NCBI GenBank assembly: GCA_013265495.1
Contig: MU058384.1
Coordinates: 5,328,792 to 5,392,791, forward strand
DNA from: Vicugna vicugna
Lineage: Eukaryota
Length of the DNA stretch: 64,000 nt
Reading direction: 5' to 3'
Under the pieces are notes generated by a model, which made no database searches, had not been told where the DNA came from, and worked only from the letters and a program-made list of their open reading frames with translations. The stretch's first letter is position 1. Each line of letters opens with the position of its first letter. A program made the translations under genes and the position numbers. Shown one piece after another: positions 36,511-50,778 of the stretch.

Positions 36511-37267
36511 ATAACACTGTAAACCCATACCAGTGGCTGGAAGCTTGAGGAGACCACAGGAACTTTACTTCACCTTGACCTGATATCTTGTCATCTAGCA
36601 TCTCTTCTGACATCTGTATTCTTGTGTGAACCATAGTGTAACGTGGCAAGTACCTGTATCCTTGTACTTACTGCTCTAAACCTTTTCTTGCCTTCCAAAG
36701 CCCACACTCCCATCCCACATTCCAGACATCATTGTGAAATTACTCCTTCAACCTAGATCAGCTTCTTTGCAACCCTGAGAGTTTCACTTTAGAAAAACTG
36801 ATAACATTGGTCTTGGGCTGATGATATAAAGACACAGGTAGCAGATGTAGTGCCTTAAACTTAAGTTTTATTTAGCCCTGAAGACCAAGGGAAGGGTTCA
36901 GAATACATCTGTGTATGTGTTCATGAGAGCACACACATCCTTGAGAAATCTTGAAAAACAAATGTAACTGCTATAAATTGTCCCCTGGTGTTTGTTTGTT
37001 TGTTTGTTTGTTTGGAATAGCATCTTTCTGCAAATTTTCATAACTAAAAAATACAAATTATTTTAGTTTCTGGTTGCACAGCACACAGTAAAATAAGAAA
37101 AAACCCTGTAGGCTAGTACTTCTTTGGGTTTTTACTTGCAAGTCTTTGATACGAGTGTATCAAAGGACTAAATCCTTGAAGGGTCTTTATTCTGATCTCC
37201 TGCTCACAGACAGCAACACCTTAAAAAGAAAGAATTGAATGAAATTCTCTTGCTACTGAGATGCCTT

Positions 37268-37319
37268 CTTTTTCCCTTTTCTTTTCTTTCTTTCTTTTTT
37301 TTTTTTTTTTTTTTTTTTT
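37268..37319. repeat. T-rich/poly(T) tract
   Basis: (cttt)n grading into a long T run. Confidence 0.9.
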
Positions 37320-37759
37320 AGTTATTGGTGTCAGTTCCTGAACCATTCTTAAATTATTAGGCATGTGATATGAACTTAAAACCTTCCTTGCAATTCTAGT
37401 TCATTTTCTTTATATGGTTATCAGTAAAGATGAAAGGCTTTATAATTTCTTAGGATAAGATCTAATGAGCTTGAAGAATGCTACTAATTTTTATCTACCT
37501 AAAATTAGAGGGAAGAATGGAATTTGCAGCCCAAGGTGCATTTCAGTCCACAGTTTAGAAGTTTTTATCGCACTCACCTCGTCTCCCCTTGCTGACATTC
37601 TATTTTTTTCAGCCTGTTTCAAATGCTTCATTCTTCACAAAGGTTTTCCTGGCCTCAGCCAACCAGCAGGAATTTCTTTATTTCCCAACCTTTTAAAATC
37701 TTTGTTTTCGCTGTTATCACACTTTCACAGTTTAGTCTGTGTGGTAGTTATTGGGGGCC

Positions 37760-38480
37760 CATGTGGTATGAAAGGGAAAGCACAGAGTCTGGAGGCAGAC
37801 AGATGGGAGCTCGACTGTGATTATGTGTCTTGGACTGTGTGGCTCAGATATGGTACCCTCCACGCTGAGTCTCAGTCTCCTCATCTTTATTTTTTATCAA
37901 AAGAAAATTTTTTTCTGTCTCTCTCTCTTCTCATCTTTTATTTTTATGTATTTTTTTAATTGAAGTATAGTAAGTTACAACGTGTCAATTTCTGGTGCAC
38001 AGCATAATGTTTCAGTCATACATTTCCATACATATATTAGTTTTCATATTCTTTTTCATTATAGTTTACTATAAGATATTGAACATAGTTCCCTCTACTA
38101 TACAGGAGACATTTGTTTTTCTTTTTAATCTACTTTATATATAATAGTTAATATTTGCTAATCTTGAGCTCCCAATTTATCTCTTCCCACTCCCTTTCCC
38201 TGGTAACCATAAGTTTGTTTACTATGTCTGTAAGTCTGTTTCTGTTTTGTAGATAAGTTCATTAGCGTCTCCTTTTTTTCTTCTTCTTTTTTTTTTTTTA
38301 GATTCCGCATATGAATGCTATGACATGATACTTTTCTTTCTCTTTCTGGCTTTACTTCACTTAGAATGATGGTCTCCTGAAGATAACAGTATCTGTTTTG
38401 CAGAGCTGCCGTCAGAATTAAATAAAATACTGCGGGTCAAGCGCTTGGAGTCACGTCACAGTGCATCTGTTATCAGTAGT
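37760..38480 (+). mobile_element. MIR SINE split by an L1 insertion
   Basis: 5' part aagcacagagtctggaggcagac...gagtctcagtctcctcatct; the 3' part resumes at ~38375 (gataacagtatctg...gaattaaataa). Confidence 0.7.
37935..38372 (-). mobile_element. Truncated L1 3' UTR, antisense
   Basis: tttaattgaagtatagt..gttacaacgtgtcaatttctggtg...ggtaaccataagtttgtt...tacttcacttagaatgat. Confidence 0.92.
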
Positions 38481-39949
38481 GCTTGGAATCCCAGCCTTAC
38501 CTGCGTCACACCTTTGCATTTCCTCTGCAGCATGGACTTTCTCCTTCTCTTCTTTGAGCAGTTTGCAGAGGCTGGAGGCACCTTGAACACAGATGCTGGA
38601 GGTTGCTGAATTGGAGAATAGAAGCAGAATGTGTGTGGTGTGCATGTATATGTGTGAGTGTTTCTGTGGGTATGTACCCAGAATTGGAAGGAAAGGTTTT
38701 CCCTCAGTTCTCAGGATCCGAGTCAGCAGGCCCATGGCCTCTGAAACAGCCACACAGAAGAAAGTCTTGGGAACAAACCATGTAAACACTTTCCAGTTCT
38801 TATCTTACACAAAGATAGAGCCTCATCTATAGAAATATAGGTTTCCTTGACTGTATATTTTCCCTGGGTTTTTTTGGAGGGGGGCAAATTTCTCTATTGG
38901 GGAAAAAAAAACAGTTGCTATGCTATATCGAAATGAAATATATGATTTGCTTTTTGTAACAGGAGGATCACGAGTCCCAAATGTTTCCCACCTCGTACAT
39001 TCACTTTTCTCTTGGGAACCTACAGACTCCCTCACGCTTCTCTTCTGCTGTGTGAATTACACAACTGTGACACTGACATGGCCTTGTTCCCACCCAGACT
39101 TCCTGGGCCTCCCACCCTCAGTGCCAGGGCTCCATTGGCTGCCCTTTCCTCCCACAAGCATATCAACGTAGAATGTGAACCAGCAGCAGATTTTTAGGAC
39201 ACTGAGAACTATATTTAGGAATTCATATTTGCACTGAATTTCTCAAAAACAGAACAAGCAGAAATAAAAACAAAGGCTATCTGGTCAAGGTCCTGAGGGC
39301 CAGCGTGTCAAGGGCCACAGTAAGGGAGTTCAGGAACGAGGGGACCAACCTTTTAAATAAAATCTAGGTTTCCAGAAGATTGTAGGTTTTCTTCTACCAG
39401 CTCTGATGATCACTAACACGTTTTGGACAAGGTAGAAAAGGCCAGAAACGTGTACTCTGTCCTCAGCCATTTATTTGTTTGCTTGTTTATTCACTTATTC
39501 ATTCATTTAAAAAAATCTTCCCTTTTCTCGGCTATGAATGTGACATTTTCTAACAAAGGACACAGGCCATCATAAAACCTTCATCATGTGACAAAGACCC
39601 ATCTCACTATCCCAGTCTTCCTTCTTCCATCTTGCTGTCCAAACCACATGGTGAGAATTTCCTGCTGGCTCTGTCCTAAACCCCTAAACGTTCTGGGGGT
39701 GCAGTATCTGATGTGGCAGGTCCCTCCTAGAAGGTACACCTGCAATTCTCAGCACTGCTACCCTTCTCTGCATCTGTCTGCAGTCATGCTTCATATATTC
39801 AAAGAATGTAAGACTCAAGGTCATGATATTCTCACCAACACAAGAAATTTTCAAATTTCTCAAAGAGGCCAACAGGTCCCTCTAGGTTGTTTTCTAGAAC
39901 TTAAGTGTACCTTTTCATTGATTCTTATTAACATTTAAACCTAGAGTTT

Positions 39950-40530
39950 CAGCATTTCGAGATCTTTTAAAATTTTTGATCTGTCTTTTGTCATACTGGT
40001 TATTCTCCGTCTCGAGTCATGAGCAAATTTGATTAATCAATATTCATCAATTCTCTTTGAATTATTCAATTTATTATGAATCCACTAACTGCACTGTAAT
40101 GTAGTTGATTCTATGAAGACATGAAAGAAAAAATTGCCAAATACCTTTAGAAAGGAATATGTACCACATTTATTACATTTATAAACTGACACTCTAATAA
40201 TTTCATCACGAGGCTAGTTGGCCTTGATTTATTCTTGATCAATTCATGGGAGCTATTTTTGGTTGGCACTTTCTTTTGTAAGTTCTATATATCATCTGTT
40301 TAACCAATTTACATTTGTAGAACTTTGTTAAGATTGATGTCAAATATCAGTAATTTCTAGAAACTACCCTTTTAAAAAATTGGGACATTTGTCCATCTTG
40401 AGGTTTTCAACATTTCTTTAGTTTCTCTAAATGCTGAAATTATAGAAATTGGCATGTCAGTCAAAATGTGAAGAGTTTCAGAAACTTGAGATAGCCCATC
40501 TGAGTCTGGGAACTTGACTCCGGATAAATA
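39950..40530 (-). mobile_element. L3/CR1 LINE fossil, antisense
   Basis: cccttttaaaaaattgggacatttgtccatc is the reverse complement of ~WTNVPIFxKG; gatttattcttgatcaattcatg; tagaactttgttaagattgatgtcaa. Confidence 0.6.
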
Positions 40531-40924
40531 AGCTAGATTTTTAAGTGCATTTATTATTTTCTCCACTATTTTGAGCTAAAAGTCTTACTATGCTTTATAC
40601 TTTCTAGTTGAAAGACACTCTTTCTAAGGCAGAAACAAACAGGAAAGAAGTAGTTCCAGCCTTTCTTTTCTGTTAATTTTATGCCATCTGAAGATGGCCC
40701 ACCTCTTCTTTATTTTGAAAAAAAGGCTTTGCCTTCCCTTGGCAATTTGTACAAGTGCTTCTGGCCTTTAGCCTTTTATTTCAACCTGTGCTGTATTTTC
40801 TCCTCCCTCACCCCACCCCTGTCTATCTTACTTGCAGTTTTTTCTTGTGTACTACGTACTTGTACTTTCAATATCAAACTCCTGAGCTCTTTTGAAGCCC
40901 GAGTCTGCACACAATTCCACTGCT

Positions 40925-41105
40925 AACAAATCCCACGCCTTTGGCCAACTTGCTTGATCTCTCAGAGATTTAGTTCCTTCATCTGTAACATTGTGGAATG
41001 AAAATGCGTGACCTACAAAATTGTTGTGAAGGTCAAATGGCATGGTAACTTCAAGAGCTTTTGGTAAAGTCTAAAGCACTGTCAAAAATGTAAGGTCTTA
41101 CAATC
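40925..41105 (+). mobile_element. MIR SINE
   Basis: ttagttccttcatctgtaacattg...ttgttgtgaaggtcaaatgg...aaagcactgtcaaaaatgtaag. Confidence 0.7.
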
Positions 41106-41899
41106 TAGGGAGCCAAGCAGTACTATACAGAAGCGTATGTGCATAGACTATTCATACTGGAAAGAGCCTGGTAGTTCACCTAGTCCAACCCTCTCAACCA
41201 ACAGATGAGAAAACAGATCAGGAGGCGCGGTGGAACTTGTCAAAGCTCCCAGCCAGGGGCAGCATGGTAGAGAGCTTGGTATATACACTGTGTATGGTGA
41301 CTCATTATCTCAGCTGTTGCTGTCCAAATCTGATGACCTTGGTTCTAGTCCTGACTCTGCTGCTAAATCAGCACGACTTCCTTAGAATGGAGTTTGACAC
41401 CACCCTACCTCGGCCACCACCCCTTCATTGAGGGTGTAGCTGTCCACTCTGCCCTCTTCCCATTACTTTATATCTCTTCTCAACACAGCATCAAGGACGG
41501 CCATGTCCAATATTCCGGAGACAGCCTTGCCTGCTTTAGATGCTTCTTTTATATTCTGTTGAGGCTCATGTGTTGTTCTATGGTCAGAGTGGTTTTCCTG
41601 CTTTGTTGTCTACCATGTAGTGGCAAACTCCTTCCAAACACATCAATGAAATTAATAAAGAATGGGAAATGGAAGCTGTGAAGGAAAGCTGGCATCATGT
41701 CTTTGTTTTGAAGAAAATATATAATTAAACAAATTAACACATATTTATTTAGCAACTGCTAGATATGAGGTCTGACAGCTTTTGCAAGGGCTATGCAAGG
41801 CAGTATAATAGAACTCATGCTCAAGGGGTTTAAAATATTCTGGAGGATATTTTATATATCCATTATATAAATAATGCTGCTGTTCCCCATGACTACTAA

Positions 41900-42110
41900 T
41901 AGTTGTTGCCACTTTTGGAATATCTATAGATTGTGTGTGGACTTGATGATATATTTCATTTTACTTAATGCAGCAAAGTTCTATTATTCCTATTTTATGG
42001 ATGAGGAGACTGAGACTCAGAGCGGTTAAGTTTCTTGCCGTGGGGCACAGGGTTCCTGTGACATAATCAAAATTTGAACTTACATTGGCTTGACTTCGGT
42101 TTGTGCTTTT
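41900..42110 (-). mobile_element. MIR SINE, antisense
   Basis: tattattcctattttatggatgaggagactgagactcagagcggttaagtttcttgcc. Confidence 0.8.
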
Positions 42111-42383
42111 TATGAAAGCTTAAGAGATATATTTCCTATTGTAAATTATGTGTCTGACTACACACAGTATTATGAAGTCTGAGATGACTTGCTTGTTTTT
42201 GCTCAAATTTGATACATCCAAATAATTAGGGATAGAAGCGAGGAACACTTAAATTTAGAAAATCAGTCCATGGCCAGATGGAATTCTGCCAAGAACACAT
42301 TTCTAGGCTGGCAGTTTCCTATCCCTGCTCTGGGCCTTACTGTCCTCAAAATATGCAGATCAAACGCTTGCTTTAAATTTACC

Positions 42384-42553
42384 GTTTTTTTTTTTTTTTC
42401 TTTTCTTTCTTTCTTTTTTTTTTTTTGTAGCAGGAAGGATGTAATTAGGTTTATTTGTTTCTTTATTTTTAGAGGAGGTACTGGGTATTGAACCCAGGAC
42501 CTCCTGCATGCTAAGCATATACTTTACCATTTGAACTACACCCTCTCTGCTTA
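42384..42553 (-). mobile_element. Camelid tRNA-derived SINE (Vic-1-like)
   Basis: Reverse complement of the tRNA-like head (ggtactgggtattgaacccaggacctcctgcatgctaagcat); T-rich tail; 14-bp TSD gctttaaatttacc at 42370-42383 and 42554-42567. Confidence 0.92.
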
Positions 42554-44875
42554 GCTTTAAATTTACCTTTTAAGGTACTAAGGCACAATAGAATAATTAA
42601 CTAATCCAGAATCCATATATCTTTATTGAAAATTTACATATATGACTAGCTCCTACATTATTTTTTTCTTGGCAGACAACAGATATAATTTATTTTAGAT
42701 GGAACACACTGACTTGGCCACATTTGCTGAACAAGGCACTCTTTATTCTGTCCTGGTTTAGCTACTAGTTCTTTGTGGGATAAAGGCCTCTCCCCTTAGA
42801 CCTTTCCCAAAAGTATTCAGATTGCAATATCATTGTAATTCTTTTAATGGGAACTGGAAACAGCAGTGTAAACATTTCATCCCAAATCTTAGCCTTGAGG
42901 TTATATTGTCCTGACCTGTGTCCTCCAGAGGCGAATGGGCCGGAAAACACTCAGAACATCCATCGTGTCCCTGAAGATCAATAATGAAAGAAGTTGTTAG
43001 TATTTGTGGGTGACCTGGGTTTAGTCTGGGAGATTTGTTTGTTTACTTGCAGATAGTAACATACCATCAATGTTCTTTTACCGTCAGAGGAGTTAGCGTA
43101 TTTTTCTTCTTTAAAGAAACAGTATCCGTTTGCTGTTTATAAAGATAAAATTATTTACGTTGGTGCTAAATCTAAACAGTTGTTATGTAGGAGCTCCTCC
43201 ACTCTCACCGCCAGCTGAATCTAATGTGTGTGAATTCAGACACCTCTGTTCAAATGAGTCAGGGGTTTTCATTTGAGTATGTTGATCAAGCAAGTGGTGC
43301 TAAAACAAGACTGAGCATCCATGAGCTTCAGTTTCTTTGTGGTTCTTTCACAGACGCACTATGACAATTTGACCTTTGGACCTATTTACCTGTCTGAAAA
43401 ATAACAATAATAGGCACTTTGGTACAATGTACTTATCTCCTTTTTTGGTGAGCTGAGGATTTAAGAGTTAAGCTCCCTTAGTTATCCAAATGAAGGGTTT
43501 GGCATCATCACCCACTATGATTAAGGAAATGAGTAAAGTGACAAGCATTCTAGCACCAGAAGGTATTTCTGGAGTGAACTAATTTTGCCACTTGATTTTC
43601 CACCATCAAGTCCATACTGGGATATGGTTTAGTATTAAAAGGAGGTGGAATAAATTGCCTGTACTGTTCTGGCATTGACAAGCTTTACTTAATTAGGATT
43701 TGGTTTGGAACAAGGGATAAAGAGTTTTTAATCAATGATCACTCCCGACACTTTTAAATTATTTTTAAGTTCTTAAAATGCACCTAATCCTGGATTTCAA
43801 GGAATAGAAAGAATTATGGGGTAAAGGTAAACCAAAAGGGATTATGTTCTCCCTGTAATTGCAACATATGGTACTTCAACCAAACTCTTTACTCTTGCCC
43901 TGGGTCCCAAGTTAACTCTGAAACTTTAAACTTTTTACTGGAAAAAAAAGTCCAAGTACGATTTGTTTAATTTTTGCCTCCTTGTTCATGGTATATCAGA
44001 GGAGGGGTAATCCTAGGAAGTTTACACAAAAGGAAAACACTGGAAAATAAGGGGAAATGAGGGAGAGCACTTATAACTAAATGCTTCTTTACAATTTTTC
44101 CTATGGAAGAACTTTGCCCTACGATATATATTTGTGAGAAGAAACAACAATTGGTTTTTGATTCTACTCCTCTGTGATTTTAATTCAAGAAAAGAGAACC
44201 ATCTACTCTGTAAAACCCCCAAAAGAATAAACTATAGACATGACCTTCAATGTTCCTTCTGTCTAAAGGAAGAGACTGGGTGTAGGCACTAAATAGAAGA
44301 TGATTTAAGTGACTGAATAGAAATAGGATAAATTATATACATGGGGAAAATAGAGGAAGAGAAGATTAAATGTGACCTGGGAGATAACGGAGAGATTTCA
44401 AGAAGACTTTGTACTTGGTTGGAGCTTTGGGAAGATCTGGGGAGATAGCATTTCATGTTGAATACCAAGAAGGAAACTGGGACACAAAAGCGACTGATGG
44501 GGAAATGATGAGAAGACTGATAATGGGGCAGGAGAGCAGGATGTAATTGGAGAGGAAGTTGGGATGTTAGTATGGGGTTGGATTATGGTGGCAGATTAAT
44601 GCTTTTCTCTGATGACCAATTCTTTTTGGAACAAGACTTTGCATGAAACTACAGAGACTATTTCAATTGTCTTTCTTTGAATGCACTTGCTGTTTTGAAC
44701 AAGCGATACCTGGTAACTGTCTCATCAAGCAGTGTTTTTGTTTGTTTGTTTGTTTAAAAACAAGATCTGTTAAGTCACCCAAATATTGCAAATTCTAGAC
44801 CACTTAGCAATAGGTCATAGGTCTGAAGTAGCAATTAGAGTTAAAAGCAGCCACAGAAATCCCCTAGTACAACCT

Positions 44876-45377
44876 TGTGTTAGTTTCTTATAGCTGCTGT
44901 AACAAGTTACCACAAATTTAGTGGCTTAAAACTACATAGACTTATTCTCTTTATAGTTCTGTTAGCCAGAAATCCAAAATCAGTTTCACTGGGCTAGAGT
45001 CAAGATGGCTGCAGGGCTGCTTCCTTCTGGAGGACATGAAGAGAGACTTTGTTTCCTCTCCTTTTCCAGCTTCTAGTGGACACTTGTATCCATTGGCTTT
45101 TGGCCACTTCCTCCATCTTTAAATCACATCACTCCAATCCCTGCTTCCATCCCTTCCTTGCCTTCTCCTCTGGCTGACTCCTTCTGGGTCCCTTTATAAG
45201 GACAGTTGTGATTATCTTGGGTTCCTCTGGGTAATGCAAGATCTCTCCCCATCTCAAGTTCTCTAGCCTAATCACACCTGACAAGTCCCTTTTGCCAGAT
45301 GAGGTAACATTCATTGGCTTCAGGGCTTAGGATGTAGCTATATTTGCAGGAGGAGGAGGCATATTTAGTCTACCACA
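44876..45377 (-). mobile_element. MaLR solo LTR (MLT1D-like) inserted in a MIR
   Basis: tgtgttagtttcttatagctgctgtaacaagttaccacaaatttagtggcttaaaac...aagtcccttttgccagatgaggtaacattca...gtctaccaca. Confidence 0.9.
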
Positions 45378-46897
45378 GCCTCTACATTTTATGGATAAGA
45401 ATGTTCAGATCCAACTGGGTACAGGTAGCTAGTGACAGAGCTGGGCCTATCACTCCCCACCCCTGACTCCCAGTTTTCTTTCCATTGCACCATGATGTTG
45501 GTCTTTCATGCTTTCAGTGAGGAATTGGTGGTGCTTTTTGAAGGCAAATATCCCAGCCTGCTGAGATCGGGACTGATCAAGGGCTTCCAGGGTAGCCATC
45601 TAGGAGTGGAGAAGGCTCTCCATCCTTAGTGTCACTAGGCAAGGACCAGTTTGAGAAAAGAGTAAATTCTCGTTTTAGGACCAAAAAAAGGGTGGGGAAT
45701 TATACTTTCATTGAGTGGAAAAGAGATGGCGGGGAGAGAAAAGAGATGTGTGCAGGAAAAGAGAAGAAAAGAGAGAGGAGATGTAGAGAGGGAGATAATG
45801 GTAGTTGAAGTGGAGTCAAAGGAACAGAGACGATCATCATGTATATCCCAGAGCCATGCCCCCTTCTATGTATATGGTCTCTGAAACGACGTATATCCTG
45901 CAACACTTTTCCTTCATTAAGGCCTAGAGTTTATCTTCCATAACAACTATATTACTTTATTTATGTATTTTTTGCTCATAATTTATGTCCTTTACTGGTT
46001 CATCCTCCTCAGTATTAGATTCTCTAGAGAGTAGCAATAATTTCCATCTCTTTGTATACCACAGAGCACAAAAATGTGCTTTATAACAGTTTCAGTCATT
46101 TTAATGATGATACACAGAGTGTATCGCACTACTATCATTAGCATTTTTTTCTTTGAAAAAGTGTTGGAAAAATTCCAACCTAATTTTGTAGTTTAAATGA
46201 AAGAAAAGCTTGAGGCTAATATAAAGGGTATACTGTTTTTGAAGCTAATAAACAAAGTGAAGATTACCAAGAAATAGCAAAGACATAAAATTGGAAGGGC
46301 AATGCAGAGGATGAAATGGGACTTCTGAGAGGGAAGGGAGAGTTTAAAAACTATTTTTAACTATGAATGGAATAAGGAAAGGAGGGTATAAAATGTTTCC
46401 CCATTACTACAGGAGGAAGCATTGCTGATGGATGATACTAAAATAGAAACTTAAAAAAAAATGTTCATCTTTACCCAAAAAGTGATCTATAAGAAGATTC
46501 AGTTTACATATTAATTAGCAGAGAGGTGAGTGAAATTGAAAGAATATGGAACATCAGTAACATATTTATTAATAAATATCGAGTATTTTTTGAGTTAATG
46601 TTTCTGTATCATATAATTTCCTAACTTCCCCTAACTTTTATGCTAGTGTTGTAATTTGTGCTACATCAGTTAATAGATTTCAATACATAAAGTATGTGAT
46701 AATGATTATTAATATTAATTAAAGCTGTTGAAAATATTTTGTTGTACCTATATCAAAAAATTTATTTAACTTGGAATATTTATTTATGCTCACTGACATA
46801 GAATCTATAAACATTAAAGTGAATCCAAATGAAATCTAATATGATAATTAAATGAAACTAATATGACATAATTTTTATTTCCAGCACTTTATTTTAG

Positions 46898-47021
46898 GAA
46901 AATGCCTGAAAAACCTACTCAAATGCTCACTACTGCTGTCCATGAATCAATTCTTCTAGGCATGGGGCTGGGATTTGCAAATACACAGATAGAAAAGAAG
47001 AAATTTAGAAATTTAAATCAG
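46898..47021 (+). other. Candidate 124-nt spliced exon (coding status unknown)
   Basis: Acceptor ctttattttag|G and donor CAG|GTAAGG; one open frame KMPEKPTQMLTTAVHESILLGMGLGFANTQIEKKKFRNLNQ. Confidence 0.3.
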
Positions 47022-49779
47022 GTAAGGAATGGCTTTATTTTTCCACTTTCTTCCACTTACTGACTCCCTCTGACTGCTATCCCTGACCGAGTTCTAATAA
47101 ATGGATTTTTGGCTCTTTTTTTTTTTTTTTTTAATAACTGAGCTTTCCTCTTATACCTCTGCTGGGGGTCCCTGCTTGTTCCTATGCCCAAGGCTGCCTT
47201 GATACCCTACCCAGTACTTACTCCTTCCCAGCCCTAAGCTCTTCCCTGCCCTGACTACTAGCCACACAGAGATCATTTCTCCCCTGTGCACTCGGTTCAG
47301 CCCTTGTAGCTTTAGTCTTGGTCCCTGCCCACAGTCCTGTATGACCTGCCCGTCTGCCCACCTGCTTGTGAGAACTTGGTCTCCCACTGCTTTGCTCCAC
47401 CCACCTGCTGTAACGCTTGAACTTCCCTGGCCCTGCTGATGTCTCCTGGCTGCCTATGCCCTCCCCTCTTGGCAATCTCTAACCTTTGGGACAAGCTGGT
47501 CTTCTCCCACAGCCTACAGCTGCCTCTGCTCCCTAAGGACTTAACCCACTTAGATAGGTATGTGTTCTTCTCAATTCCTGGTCCCTCTAAGGCTGAGCCA
47601 CCCTAATGAATCCTTAACTGTGTACCAAGCACCAACGTGGTTTGGGCACTTGAGTCATCTACTACTCCCTGGCCCAGGGAGCAAGCTGGTCCAAAGGTGC
47701 CGTTAAAAGCACACTGTGCTTTTGGCTGAGGGAAGAAAGAACCTCTATTATCCTTAATTCCTTTATCAGGTGATAAAACCCTGATTGCTTGGGTCACTCT
47801 GTGTCATAGGTTAGCAGTGGTAGAGACCTGCCCTAACTATCTGCTTTTAGCATGTAAACTGTGCTCTGCCACCCCGGCTTCCATGGCTGAAAAGCCCTGG
47901 CCACAGGAGCCTGAGAACCCGGTGCTGCCTTCTTCCAGCATCCTTGGATGCTGAGCAAAAGCTCTGGGGATGTGTCTGTTCTCAGAATTTCATAGCTGGA
48001 TTGCTGCAGCTCTGAATATCCTCTAAACAAAGAAAAATTTTGGAGGTGAATTTTTGAACTTAAAAAAATCTCAGAGTGATTAAAATGAAGGCTGATGCAT
48101 GAAAATACACTCCCAAGAGATATCTCCAAGTAAGAGTCTTTAATTCCTTTAGGTTCTGGAGGCAATAAAGCAGATAAAAAAATATTATTTAATTTTTTGT
48201 ACTTATCTTTCAGAAGTAAGCCTTCTACTTGGTGAATCATTTAATGCCCCATAATAAGAGAAATGCTCTTAAGGTATAAATGGAAATAGGAAAAGTTTCT
48301 AAATCCACCTACATTTTTTTCATTGTTCTTTTTTTCAAAAGCCTTAGTTAAATGTAACTGGTTTTCTCATAAAATCAAGTTTCATACTTTAACTCCTGAA
48401 TATTACCTGCTTAGTCAAATATTATAAACCATTCTAAAACAGTGAAATATAGTCTTTATCAAAACACATTGTCATCATGCAAAACACATGATCATAAATC
48501 AGGATACTGCTATAAAAAGTTTCATTTTAATCCACCAGTTGATTGTTTTAGTTATGGCTTTATTTCTCAGATGCATTTTCGTGTCACTCATGGTACAGAG
48601 ATGATTTTTCCAGGAACATAACAAGACTTAATATTAAATGAATTACATAGAGAGAAATTTATGTCTTCTTAAAATTCTTTTCAGCCCTTCTTCTTAGTCT
48701 GGCATTTTTTCAACCTTTCATTTTTGTTATATCTTTTGAAATAAGAAAGCAGACTTCAGGCACTGAGACTTTCTTACATTCCAGCTAGAATTATAGTCAC
48801 ATTATTATGTTTTATTGTTTTATTTTCTTAAATAATTACCTCTTGTTTATGACAAGTGATGTTGTTATTAAATTTATGTTTGCTTTATTCCAAGAATGAT
48901 TAAGTTTACTATGATGTGGGAGGTGCACGATATGGCACACGTTGGGTATCTGGTATGTGAACAACAGAACTTAGGAAACAATGGTTTCTGAGAAGTGCTA
49001 GCTTTGAGTGTTTTCCAGGCTTGACTAGTTGGTTGATTTTGAAGTCAATTGGTTGTTTGGTGTAAAATAGACATAATCACATGCAATTACAAATTTGTCA
49101 CATATTAATAAAGTGCAAATGGTCTTTAGGTATTTGGAGCTGGTGGTTTTTAAAGGAGAGAAATTCTTTCAGTGATCCCTGAAATACATATTCATTGACA
49201 GCTCCATCTTTAAACCTGAAAGTCCCTGAAAATTGGAATTGGTCTGTTGACCTCAGCAAGATCACAAATACACTGTCACTGAGAGCAAAAAATCTTTTGA
49301 TAAGACATGGTAAAAAACGATCACAAAGAGTGCTTGCATATTTTTTAAAAAATCATTATCTAAACAAAAATTTTTAAATAATTCTTATAGAACTTCTGGA
49401 GCTTTCCACAAAATACATACAAGACCCTCCCCTCCTTGCACCTCAGATGTTTGGGAAACGTGTGGCTTCTCAAATATAGTTGCTTAACCATTTTTTCTGA
49501 TTTCCTACTCCTTAAAACTAAGAATCCCCAAATAACATTGACCCTGAAGTTGAAATGAAAGAGAAACAACTGTTTTCCCTTGACTTTATCTACGCACCTA
49601 CTGACAAGCCACACTCTGAATTGGTATGGCACTGGAAGGTGGAACAGAGCCACAGAGCAGTGAAGCGCAGGCCTTACCGAAGGAGCCCACAGACTAGCGG
49701 GGCAGAGAGAGGAGGGTAGGGCAACTGTAAGACAAGACAGAATATGAATGAGGGACCTAACTGCATAAGTCAACGTTAT

Positions 49780-50760
49780 GGGGATTTAAATGAGGAAAAC
49801 TTCTCATCAGTAGGGAAGAACAAGGAAGTCCTAGAAGAGATGGCATCTGAGCTGGGCATTGAAGAATGAGTAGAATTTAGACAGAATGGGGATTCTAGAT
49901 AGATCCCCCTCAAACCTTTATTGAGAATACACTCTGTTCCATGGGCCAAGGGCACAAAGAATCATATGATGATGCTGATGATGATGATGATCTGTTATAG
50001 AAAAACACCGTGGAGGGAGACATGGGTGCAAATTGTTACCACACAAGGTATTAAGTGGTGTGATAGTATCCTCAGGAAGACACTGGGGAGGAAGAAATTA
50101 TTTCTGCCTGTGGAATTGAGAAAGCATTTATGAAGGAAATGAACTTTGATCTCAGCTTTGAATGATGAGTGGAGTTTTACCAGGTGGAAAAAGATGAGAA
50201 ATATATTCCAGGCAATGAACAGAACATATGACAAAGCATGAAGACCTAATAGAAAATAATGTGTTTGGAAAGGGTGAGAACCTTCTATGTGGTTGGATTG
50301 TCAGGGGAGGTGGTGAGGAGGGAAATGGAGATTAACAGAGAAAGTGCCTGGAAAGACACGGAGAGGCTAATTTGTGAAAGGCTATGTATGCTGTGCCCTC
50401 GAATCTGAATGTTATTCTGTAAGACACTGTTTTAAGTATGACAGTGTCGTTCAGCTCTCTGTTTTTAGAAGTATTATTTTGGAGACAAGATAGAGGTGAT
50501 ACAGGAGATACGGTGCAGGGGAGGTAAGTAGAAGACACCCTGAACAGAAGGAGTCTCGCATGGGAACATGGCCTAGGAGCAGGGAAGTCTGAGCGATCTG
50601 CAGAGAGCCTTGGAGGCCAGATGGAAGGGTTGGCTCTGAGTTCTTTGACAGCAGAAAACTGCCAGTGAAGTACTTTATGAAGACTGATCTGGAAGGAGTA
50701 TATGGAACAGATTACCATGGAGAGACCCCAGGGCCTAGGACACAGTTTAGAGTCTACCGC
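49780..50760 (-). mobile_element. L2 LINE fragments
   Basis: ggaagtcctagaagagatggcatctgagctgggcattgaagaatgagtagaattt; ttgaatgatgagtggagttttaccagg...attccaggcaatg; explains ORF 50332-50811. Confidence 0.7.
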
Positions 50761-50778
50761 GACAGCTCTGGCAAAAGA

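Noticed and set aside
47115..47700. Processed pseudogene after a poly(T) tract
   Set aside because: No TSD, polyadenylation signal or recognisable coding similarity; more likely an old LTR-like or unique C-rich stretch.
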